Source of the DNA: a virus
DNA length: 64,000 bases
Virus record (IMG/VR): IMGVR_UViG_3300042888_000580
Span: 12,107-76,106 of that record
Reading direction: 5' to 3' (one strand)
Part shown: positions 31,101-38,186 of the stretch, piece after piece
Layout: every line of letters starts with the position of its first letter
Position numbering within the stretch: position 1 is the stretch's first letter
Notes under the pieces: generated by a model
What the model was told of the DNA's origin: nothing
Seen by the model: only the letters and a program-made list of their open reading frames with translations
Databases searched by the model: none
Position numbers and translations under genes: made by a program

Positions 31101-32123
31101 GAAGATTTGGATAAGTTAGAAAGTATAGAGAAGATTAATTTTAATCAGCATCAAAAAGTAAAACGTTTGCCTGCCCCTAGTTTTGTTACTGATGCTGATA
31201 CACATTTGAATTTCAAAAAACATAGTTATAACTTCCCTTATGCTGTGTTTACTACAAGTGATAATTTAATCGCACCAGACATTAATGATGAACCAATCAG
31301 TATGTGGTCTAGTGAATCAAAGAACATATTGATTACAAATATGGGAGGCACACGTATTGTTGTACCCAAAGAAGCTAACGAATATGTTGAGAAAGAATTG
31401 TATGATTATCCATACATTGCTAAATCAACTAAGATAGGACAGTCAAAACCACTGGATATAGTCTTCCTAAGCAACGGTGAATCTGTAGCTGACGAGAACT
31501 ACGAACATTTACTGAACGTGACTAAAGGACTGAAGAATCGTGTTGTTAGAGTTGATGGTGTCAATGGTCGTGTTGCTGCCTATCATGCAGCCGCACTAGC
31601 AAGTCAAACATCTTGGATGTTTACTGTGTTTGCTAAGTTAAAAGTCAATAGTAAGTTTGACTGGACATGGCAACCTGATAGATTACAGATACCTAAACAC
31701 TATATCTTCTATGCTAGTAATCCTGTTAATGGATTAGTATATGGTCACCAAGCTATGATTGCGTACAACAAACAGATTACATTGGGCAATATGGGTAAAG
31801 GTCTTGACTTTACATTGGATAGTGAGCATGAAGTTGTTGAAATTAATTCGGGTGTAGCAAGATATAATACAGATGAGTTTAGCACATGGCGTACAAGTTT
31901 CCGTGAAGCTATTAAGTTACGATTAGATGATAGTACAATAAGCAGACATAGATTGAAAGTATGGTCAACTGTAGGTGAGGGAGACTACGCCCAATATAGT
32001 ATCAATGGTGCGTTAGATGCTGTAGAATACTATGAATCAGTCAATGGTGAACTAGACAAATTACGACTAAGTTATGATTGGCCTTGGTTGCAAGAGTATT
32101 TTAATACTAAATACAAGTTATGA
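28170..32123 (+). CDS. 1317-aa repeat protein with C-terminal glycosyltransferase-like domain
   Basis: Eight ~68-aa FDFSWxPxPxxPxYIYxFG repeats; C-terminal RVDGVNGRVAAYHAA...WRTSFREAIKL aligns with 19810. Confidence 0.65.
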   Translation: MLRDVFYYGSKPNVHPREKFAVDLADARQQCTTEHFWIINEYCDYTNFDWDWDFDFLPDDEVWTGEHNNVWPNKQNKDSGTWLCSHQYSDIIIYRADVEPILRKNVKNTNWVVLDKIDELKFDFSWEPNPYDPPYIYKWGCKFYPTEIKHYVEYHVEGATNVKYMPETVELLPEWANWVEVQSVDKSSFDFSWRPDPREPAYIYTWGNKYISSELKPTVEYHCVGATERKYMDNSVAVLPEWDRWVIWNSIDKFNFDFSWRPDPREPAFIYVFGNTQYPAEIMPTVEYHVPGGTEYKFINDESMKAKLLPNSARFEHLENSDGINYSWVPDPWSPPYIYVWGNQWNKPEDKISIQYVVEGATEYKYMEERATRKPYMDNWEIPPYVIQNSFDFSWEPNPQDPAYIYQFGTIHQKTGGPRYTVPGATELKYIDAVKAQVVAWRFTNWLIPKNVDQATFDWSWHPDDTEPAYIYQFPSTWSKTGGPKFTVEGAFETKYLDYPIAKVKQDMTHWSIPAGLDTSEFDFSWHPNIDDEPLFYQFGTQWQKTNGPMFTAPGCDETTPIKYMDILKAKRIPDKTNWIIPAGFDETKFDFSWHPDATSPPYIYQFGTLLDDVHLEDGPKYVTPNNDGTVVLMENTLLSDEVVQYPQYYIDTTLEILIEQHKDEIFWALRKNINYTKFDFIWQPTKEQAFNINTFGSPDSELTQTYLVNGKMWQKGYRDISFIENTKLDEEYLSKLFKQVDAFFVDKGNKESATRFEQLKIQFPTLQKTRYLNSWVDTINRCINKSTTELCWILNSELDYTNFDFNYYPNPWQMTMVHVFGTQWSHWGSTFMVNKETFAEDTKYVKIIEHLSNLNFVKTKRAIASNCLYDVYLIDYSNDGVTDIVSLIESKTKRENVYTIKYETDYLTTLKNMLYELGIKKDHYIWVCSSICDYTNFDFTYICDPFSLEQLHVFPSDKQKFGDTFFINVNKLRILVEDLDKLESIEKINFNQHQKVKRLPAPSFVTDADTHLNFKKHSYNFPYAVFTTSDNLIAPDINDEPISMWSSESKNILITNMGGTRIVVPKEANEYVEKELYDYPYIAKSTKIGQSKPLDIVFLSNGESVADENYEHLLNVTKGLKNRVVRVDGVNGRVAAYHAAALASQTSWMFTVFAKLKVNSKFDWTWQPDRLQIPKHYIFYASNPVNGLVYGHQAMIAYNKQITLGNMGKGLDFTLDSEHEVVEINSGVARYNTDEFSTWRTSFREAIKLRLDDSTISRHRLKVWSTVGEGDYAQYSINGALDAVEYYESVNGELDKLRLSYDWPWLQEYFNTKYKL

Positions 32124-32390
32124 TTGTATGAAGTTAAGTGAAACGGATTCAAGACGGGAGTTCGATTCTCCCCTCCTCCACCTAAGTGTATGATGTATAT
32201 TTAGGTGGGGGAGAACTGGTAATCGATTGGGTCAAGAGTAATGAAATGGACAGTTCGGCAATGCCGAAGCCGTTAGGATTGGGGTATCCCGATTGTAGAA
32301 GCAAAAAAAGTAACCGCAAACGACTCACAGTTCGCATTGGCCGCGTGAGCAGCCTAGGGTAAGACATACCTCGTAACAGAAACTCAGATA
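32117..32390 (+). ncRNA. ssrA: tmRNA, circularly permuted (two-piece); tag ANDSQFALAA
   Basis: The T-arm GGGAG-TTCGATT-CTCCC (32156-32172) and acceptor strand CTCCTCC-ACC (32173-32182) precede the 5' strand GGGGGAG (32207-32213, G3.U70). Tag ORF at 32316-32348. Ends are approximate. Confidence 0.93.
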
Positions 32391-32413
32391 GGGACTTTGG
32401 TCCCTATTTTTTT
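32388..32413 (+). terminator. Intrinsic terminator after tmRNA
   Basis: ATAGGGAC-TTTG-GTCCCTAT followed by a T-run. Confidence 0.85.
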
Positions 32414-32425
32414 AATAAATACTAG

Positions 32426-32992
32426 ATGAACATTAAAGAAATCATCACTGAAGAAATAGTAGACGAGTATCGTATTAGCGGCCCCGTTGACATCAAAAAT
32501 TATATTAGACATGGTAATGCTTTTAAAGATTCTATGTTGTTTGTTAAAACTCCAATGGATCAATACAATGTCAGATATATGGAAAACTCAATTAGAGGTG
32601 GTAATAAAATACATGATTATTTTCTATATGATAAAAAAACCGATAGATGTATAGGGTTGTTTACTTTAGAAATGGTACCACTAAAACTTAATAAAATCTT
32701 ACAACCGGGAATTAAAACTGTAACTCCACACATGGCATTGGCACCCGAAGCACAACGTCAGGGAATAAGCACACAAGCCTACAGTACCTTTTTACAAGGC
32801 GGTCCGTGGGTATTTGTCACGGATCACCATACTAAAGGTGCATCTAAATTGTGGGATTCTTTAGCAACAGGTAATAATATTAGTCTATATGTGAGTGCTA
32901 AAACAGGTGAACTTTTAGACCCTGCGAAGCATCATGAATGGACAGACTTACGTTTATTGGGTCCTAGGGATAGATTTAAGTTAGATAATTAG
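32426..32992 (+). CDS. GNAT-family acetyltransferase-like protein with capsid-targeting-like N-terminus
   Basis: ALAPEAQRQGISTQAY (acetyl-CoA motif A); HTKGASKLWDSL; N-terminus MNIKEIITE. Confidence 0.6.
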   Translation: MNIKEIITEEIVDEYRISGPVDIKNYIRHGNAFKDSMLFVKTPMDQYNVRYMENSIRGGNKIHDYFLYDKKTDRCIGLFTLEMVPLKLNKILQPGIKTVTPHMALAPEAQRQGISTQAYSTFLQGGPWVFVTDHHTKGASKLWDSLATGNNISLYVSAKTGELLDPAKHHEWTDLRLLGPRDRFKLDN

Positions 32993-33067
32993 ATTCCTAC
33001 CTAATAAAGTGTGATATTTATTAACTAAAAAACAAATAAATACTATCTCTAGAGGATGATAATAAAA

Positions 33068-34192
33068 ATGAAAAGAATTCTCGCTATAGTTGCCATGCTG
33101 GGTATGGCATTCACGACGCAAGCACAAACTACCACTACATCAGGTACAACCGGTGGTACGACCACGGGTACAAGTACATTAATTAACCAAGGAACATATG
33201 ATTCCAAAAGCTTAGTAGATACTAATAGTACCTCAAACAGCACCAGCACAGTTACTTCAAATAGCAATACCAATAGTAATAGCACCAGTACTAGCACAGC
33301 CGTTGTTAATAGCACTAGTGCAAATACCAATACTAACAATAGCACTAGCGTAAACACGAATAACAATATTAATAGTGGCACAAGCACTGTTAATAATAAC
33401 AATGTCAACTCAGGGTCAATGACTTATACCAATAATAACATTAACTCTGGAACAATGACCTATAACAACAACAATGTAAGTACAAGCACAAGCAATAATA
33501 CCAATATCAACAAAAACGAAAATACTGGTACAATGACATACAATAACAACAATGTCAGTACAAGTACTGCCGTCAACACCAATAATAACGTTAGTACAAG
33601 TACTAGTACTAACAATAATGTTAATACCGGGGATATGACTAACCGCAATATTAACACATCAACCAGTGCTAGTACTTCTACGAACAACAATGTTAATCAA
33701 AATAATTCAGTTAATACAAATATTCAACAAGGTGAGTTAACTAACAAGAATATTAATCAAACTGAGATTACTCAACGAGTTATTCAGCCTCCTCCGACTG
33801 CTGTAGCACCCGCTATGCTGTCAGGTGGTAACGCTGACCTTTGTTCTACGGGTAGTTCAGGTTCAGTTCAGACACAAGTATTTGGTGTAAGTTCAGGTGG
33901 TACAGTACGTGACATGAATTGTGAACGATTAAAGTTATCTAAAACACTATATGACATGGGTATGAAGGTTGCGGCAGTTGCTACTATGTGTCAAGACCGT
34001 CGTGTGTTTGACGCTATGTTAGCCGCAGGTACACCTTGCCCATACGAAGGTAAGATTGGTGAACAAGCTAAAGCATCTTGGGAAGCTAATCCAGACAAGA
34101 TTCCAAAGTTAGACGAGGTAAAAATAGATGACACTTATAAGAAAGTTGGCATTGGCGCTTTGCTTGGCGTTCTTGTCCACAACTTACGCTAA
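33068..34192 (+). CDS. Secreted N/T/S-rich repeat protein with Cys-containing C-terminal domain
   Basis: Signal peptide MKRILAIVAMLGMAFTTQA (start reassigned to 33068, after GAGGA); NNNNV/GTMTY repeats; DLC...NCERLKL...MCQD...GTPCP. Confidence 0.7.
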   Translation: MKRILAIVAMLGMAFTTQAQTTTTSGTTGGTTTGTSTLINQGTYDSKSLVDTNSTSNSTSTVTSNSNTNSNSTSTSTAVVNSTSANTNTNNSTSVNTNNNINSGTSTVNNNNVNSGSMTYTNNNINSGTMTYNNNNVSTSTSNNTNINKNENTGTMTYNNNNVSTSTAVNTNNNVSTSTSTNNNVNTGDMTNRNINTSTSASTSTNNNVNQNNSVNTNIQQGELTNKNINQTEITQRVIQPPPTAVAPAMLSGGNADLCSTGSSGSVQTQVFGVSSGGTVRDMNCERLKLSKTLYDMGMKVAAVATMCQDRRVFDAMLAAGTPCPYEGKIGEQAKASWEANPDKIPKLDEVKIDDTYKKVGIGALLGVLVHNLR

Positions 34193-36350
34193 TAGTCAAG
34201 ACATATCTACTACTGGTAATTTAATAAATTACGGTACCGCACCTACGGGTACAACCAGTATATGGAACAACGGTGTCTATGTTAATCAATTATGCTTTTA
34301 TGCTGGAGAACCTGGTAACTGTGGACCTAATCCTAGTATTATCACCGGAGGTCGCATCCACTTCAGTTACGGCACCGCGGATCTTAATCAAATTGTCAAT
34401 ATAAACAACGCACTGTCTGCGGGCGGCACCGGTGTGCAACTTGCTGGATTTAACTACAGCCTTTGGGCCAAGAACGGCAATGGATGGGACGACGCCAGAC
34501 AAGATTATCTAGCTGCCTATGTAAAACTATACGGTGCCGGCGGCAATCTAATAGCAGACTATGATTACTCTCAGGCAACCAATAACAAATACAACTGGAC
34601 TAAATTTACATTTTCTGAAACATTTGCTAGTCCATATGTTGCGTCAACACTAAGCACAGCGCAAGTAGGAATGATAGGTAGAGATAATAATTTTTGGGCA
34701 GGAAACTACGGACCTGAAGTTTTTGATGTTGATTTTAGATTAAAATATAAAATTGATCCTTGTGCTACTAACCCTGCTTATAGTTCAACTTGTGCCGGTT
34801 TTGGTAACATACTTAATACTAATAATTTATTAGATTCAACTAAAGGCGGGTTGAGTCTAAATCAAGCGTTTGCAATTAATACCGCATTGCAAAGTGCAGG
34901 TGTTGGAGCAACAGTACATGGATTTAACTACGGATTTAACTGGAGAGTTGGTCAAGGTTTCTCTGGATGTACTGCTTGGAACCAAGACGGATCGTGTTCG
35001 TGGACCATGAACATACCTGCGTATGCTAATGCCACAGTGTCACTTACAAACAGTAGCAACCAGTCTATACATTCAAAGAGTTATAGTTTTACAGGTGACG
35101 GTACTAGTGGTTCAGTGAGTGACAAGTTTTTGTTACCATCTAGTATGAATCAATCATTACTGGGTACGGGTAGAATTGTAGGGTCAGCATCAGGCACCGG
35201 TTCTTCTGTAGAAGGTGCATGGGCAACAATGATTTATACTGCTGACCCTTGTATAGCTAATCCTTTATACAGTTCAAATTGCAAAGGCTATGCATTTGCT
35301 ATGTCCAAGCAATTATCTGCATCAAACAACACATCACCTGTTGCATCAGATGGTACACAGATACAAGATCCAGTGCAAGATCCTACTCGACCTCCGCCGG
35401 GCAGTCAACCACCCCCTGGATCAGAACCGCCACCAGGTAGTCCACCTCCTCGAGAAGGTGCACAACAATCAACTTCTAATAATCCAGCAGGTCCTCCTCC
35501 TGCAAATCAACCTCCTCCACAAGGTGGCGGTAGTAGTCAGCCCAAAGCAGGCGAAGTTAAAACAGCTGGTGATAGTAACAGCAAAGCAGGACCTAGTCTT
35601 GGTAGTGTTATGAGTATGATTAGTAGTAACCAAGCTAGAATAGGTAACGAGGCAAAAACTGTTGTGCAAGCCGCAGAGTCAGCCGCTGCCAAAGATGCAC
35701 AACAAGCACAACAACAAGCAGAAAATGTCGCAGGGTCATTAACTACGCAAAGTATTACTAGCAGTATGACACAATCTGGTACAGGTACAAGTGTAGTGTC
35801 AGTAGCTAATAGTCAATCACAAACTTCTGTAGTAAATGTAGCAAGTGTATCGCAAACTAGCGTGGTCAACGTTGGTGGATTACGCCCAGCAACACAAAGT
35901 ATATTTGCTGATCCTAGCACATCTTTACCTTCAAGTATGATGCAAAGTCAGTTTGATATGTATAGTTTACAAGCTCCAACAAATAACAATAGCAAACAAC
36001 TAGACGTAGAAGTACCGCAGAACGAGGGTATTAAGATTGGTGGACGTTCAGCATTAAATGATGCAATGGAACAACGCCCAATGTTACAAAGTAATAACGT
36101 ACAAGAACAAAAGACTGAATCAGTAAACAGAAATGTTCAACCAAATGAATTAGCCGGTGCTGTTGATATTACTAGAATGGCAACACAACCTCCAGGATAT
36201 CAAGCATACTCAATGATGATGCCTGATGTAGCATTCTACGCACCAAAAGAAATTTACAGAAATCAAGTAAATGTAGACAACGTAAGAGTCTTGCGTCAAT
36301 TGTCTAGTGATAGATTACACCAAGACTTGGTGAACCTACAATACAAATAA
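34128..36350 (+). CDS. Secreted protein with two repeated beta domains and a Pro-rich linker
   Basis: Signal peptide; LNQ..IN.AL...G.G....GFNY and DPCxxNPxYSSxC each occur twice. Confidence 0.7.
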   Translation: MTLIRKLALALCLAFLSTTYANSQDISTTGNLINYGTAPTGTTSIWNNGVYVNQLCFYAGEPGNCGPNPSIITGGRIHFSYGTADLNQIVNINNALSAGGTGVQLAGFNYSLWAKNGNGWDDARQDYLAAYVKLYGAGGNLIADYDYSQATNNKYNWTKFTFSETFASPYVASTLSTAQVGMIGRDNNFWAGNYGPEVFDVDFRLKYKIDPCATNPAYSSTCAGFGNILNTNNLLDSTKGGLSLNQAFAINTALQSAGVGATVHGFNYGFNWRVGQGFSGCTAWNQDGSCSWTMNIPAYANATVSLTNSSNQSIHSKSYSFTGDGTSGSVSDKFLLPSSMNQSLLGTGRIVGSASGTGSSVEGAWATMIYTADPCIANPLYSSNCKGYAFAMSKQLSASNNTSPVASDGTQIQDPVQDPTRPPPGSQPPPGSEPPPGSPPPREGAQQSTSNNPAGPPPANQPPPQGGGSSQPKAGEVKTAGDSNSKAGPSLGSVMSMISSNQARIGNEAKTVVQAAESAAAKDAQQAQQQAENVAGSLTTQSITSSMTQSGTGTSVVSVANSQSQTSVVNVASVSQTSVVNVGGLRPATQSIFADPSTSLPSSMMQSQFDMYSLQAPTNNNSKQLDVEVPQNEGIKIGGRSALNDAMEQRPMLQSNNVQEQKTESVNRNVQPNELAGAVDITRMATQPPGYQAYSMMMPDVAFYAPKEIYRNQVNVDNVRVLRQLSSDRLHQDLVNLQYK

Positions 36351-36361
36351 AGGAAAATAAA

Positions 36362-36982
36362 ATGGCAGAAGAAATAAAAAACGTAAATGCAAAAGTTGAT
36401 GAACTAGAAGCGGCAGCAAAAAAATACGCAAGTAAAGATACTGTAATTAGTATTGGTGGATATGAGTTTACCCCTGCTAAACTAATGGTCGCAGCCACAA
36501 TTGTATCATCTATATTAGGTGGACTGTATGGATCATTTGAAGTATACAAAGATTACGTGGGCATGAAGAAAAAGATAGCTGAATATGCCGCTCCAGATTT
36601 GTCTGGATTTGATAAACGTTTGGCAGTCATTGAAGAAAACAGTAGCAAAACAAGCGACTATACACGTGATATCAAAACTGATTTGAAGAATGATATTCGC
36701 CGTAACGAATCTGTTACTGAACAAGTTGAACGTAGTGTTAAGAATGCACAACGTGAGACTGAAAGTGAGATGCGTGATATGCGTAAAGCTGTGCGTGAAG
36801 ACTTGGAAAGAGCAAGAACAGAGGCTGCTGCCATTCGCAAGGACATGGAATCAACACGTAAAGAAATTAACAGTGAATTTACTGCGGCACGTAGAGAAAT
36901 CAACCGTGAAGTAGAAACACTAAAGAGAGAAGTTGATAGTAAAATACAAAAGGCCATTGATAATCCTTTGGCAAACAAATGA
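36362..36982 (+). CDS. Membrane-anchored coiled-coil protein
   Basis: TM segment LMVAATIVSSILGGLYG followed by an E/R/K heptad region; AAGGA RBS. Confidence 0.7.
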   Translation: MAEEIKNVNAKVDELEAAAKKYASKDTVISIGGYEFTPAKLMVAATIVSSILGGLYGSFEVYKDYVGMKKKIAEYAAPDLSGFDKRLAVIEENSSKTSDYTRDIKTDLKNDIRRNESVTEQVERSVKNAQRETESEMRDMRKAVREDLERARTEAAAIRKDMESTRKEINSEFTAARREINREVETLKREVDSKIQKAIDNPLANK

Positions 36983-37140
36983 AATATCTGTTGCTACTGA
37001 TTACGGTAATTGTTATACCGTCATCAGCGGCACGGTATGAGTGTGTGCGTTGGGCGTGGTCAGGGGATGTTTATAACCGCAAAGTAGTATGTTTAGAATG
37101 GCGAGATAGAGATGCACCAAAAGTTGAAAAGAAGAAATGA
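36979..37140 (+). CDS. 53-aa secreted two-cysteine peptide missing from the ORF track
   Basis: MKYLLLLITVIVIPSSAARYECVRWAWSGDVYNRKVVCLEWRDRDAPKVEKKK; ATGA overlaps at both ends. Confidence 0.7.
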   Translation: MKYLLLLITVIVIPSSAARYECVRWAWSGDVYNRKVVCLEWRDRDAPKVEKKK

Positions 37141-37619
37141 TAGACCCGATCACCCTTGGCATTGCGTTTACAGCCGCCCAACAATCGGTTGGGTATATCA
37201 AAAAAGCCATTGCCTTAGGTAAAGATGTTAACAGTCTTTACGGACAGTTTGCTAGGTTTTTTGAAAATAGTGATACAATCCATAGTGCCAATATAACAGC
37301 GCAAAACAGCAAAAATATTCTTACAGACGGGCAGATTAGGGCATTGTCGGTACAGATTGCTATGCAAAGCAAAGCATTACGTGATGCTGAAAAAGAACTA
37401 AAAGAGATGTTGATATGGTCGGGTAATAAAGATGTTTGGGATGAGATGATGGCTGAACGTGTACGTATGTACAAAGAACGTGCCAAATTACAAGCAGATA
37501 TAAAAAATGCCAAAATCCAAGCACAAGCAGATTTGATAGATAGAGCTTTACTTTTTATATCATTTTGCGCTATAGTTATTCCTGTATTTGGTGTTAGTTT
37601 TGCTATAATAGTACGATAG
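37137..37619 (+). CDS. Membrane protein
   Basis: MIDPIT amphipathic N-terminus, coiled coil, C-terminal TM segment. Confidence 0.65.
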   Translation: MIDPITLGIAFTAAQQSVGYIKKAIALGKDVNSLYGQFARFFENSDTIHSANITAQNSKNILTDGQIRALSVQIAMQSKALRDAEKELKEMLIWSGNKDVWDEMMAERVRMYKERAKLQADIKNAKIQAQADLIDRALLFISFCAIVIPVFGVSFAIIVR

Positions 37620-37699
37620 ATTTTACAAAAATATGAGTAAATTTAACAATGTTAAATTTATCCTGCGATAAATATACAATTACTAAGGAAACTTATAAA

Positions 37700-38119
37700 A
37701 TGAAATTATATATTAGACTAGAAAATGGACAACCTATTGATCATCCTATACTTAAGGAAAATTTTATACAAGCATTTCCCGATATAGATATTAATAATTT
37801 GCCAGAAACTTTTATTGAATTTGTACGTGTAGCACGTCCAAGTGATTTGAGTACATATGAAATATATGAAGGTGTTCATTATGAAATAATTGACGGTGTT
37901 TGTACCGATGTACATACTGTTCGTGCAATGACCATTGAAGAAAAACAAGCAAAACAAGACCAAATTAAATCAGCTTGGGCCGAACATGGATATCCAAGTT
38001 GGATATTTAATGAATCAACCTGTTCATTTGAATCACCAATTGGTCCACCTCCATCGGACGGTAAGGCACATGTTTGGGATGAAGCTACTATATCTTGGAT
38101 TGAAGTAGATGAACAATAA
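37700..38119 (+). CDS. Putative fibre-assembly/chaperone-like protein
   Basis: Start reassigned to 37700 (TAAATA at 37669, AAGGA RBS); C-terminal PSWIFNE...PPSDGKAHVWDEATISW. Confidence 0.5.
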   Translation: MKLYIRLENGQPIDHPILKENFIQAFPDIDINNLPETFIEFVRVARPSDLSTYEIYEGVHYEIIDGVCTDVHTVRAMTIEEKQAKQDQIKSAWAEHGYPSWIFNESTCSFESPIGPPPSDGKAHVWDEATISWIEVDEQ

Positions 38120-38139
38120 AAAAGGCTTAAGCCTTTTTT
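38118..38139. terminator. Palindromic (bidirectional) terminator
   Basis: AAAAAAGGCTTAAGCCTTTTTT. Confidence 0.7.
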
Positions 38140-38186
38140 CTTGGGACAATCTGGCATAAATACTATTATATTATGAGGTTAACATT

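Noticed and set aside
32150-32230. Stand-alone tRNA gene
   Set aside because: There is no anticodon arm and the halves are in reversed order; the permuted tmRNA explains it.
32182-32367. Minus-strand 61-aa ORF
   Set aside because: It is antisense to the tmRNA and has no coding support.
33049-33690. Minus-strand Leu/Val-rich ORFs resembling membrane proteins
   Set aside because: They are the antisense shadow of the Asn/Thr/Ser codon repeats.
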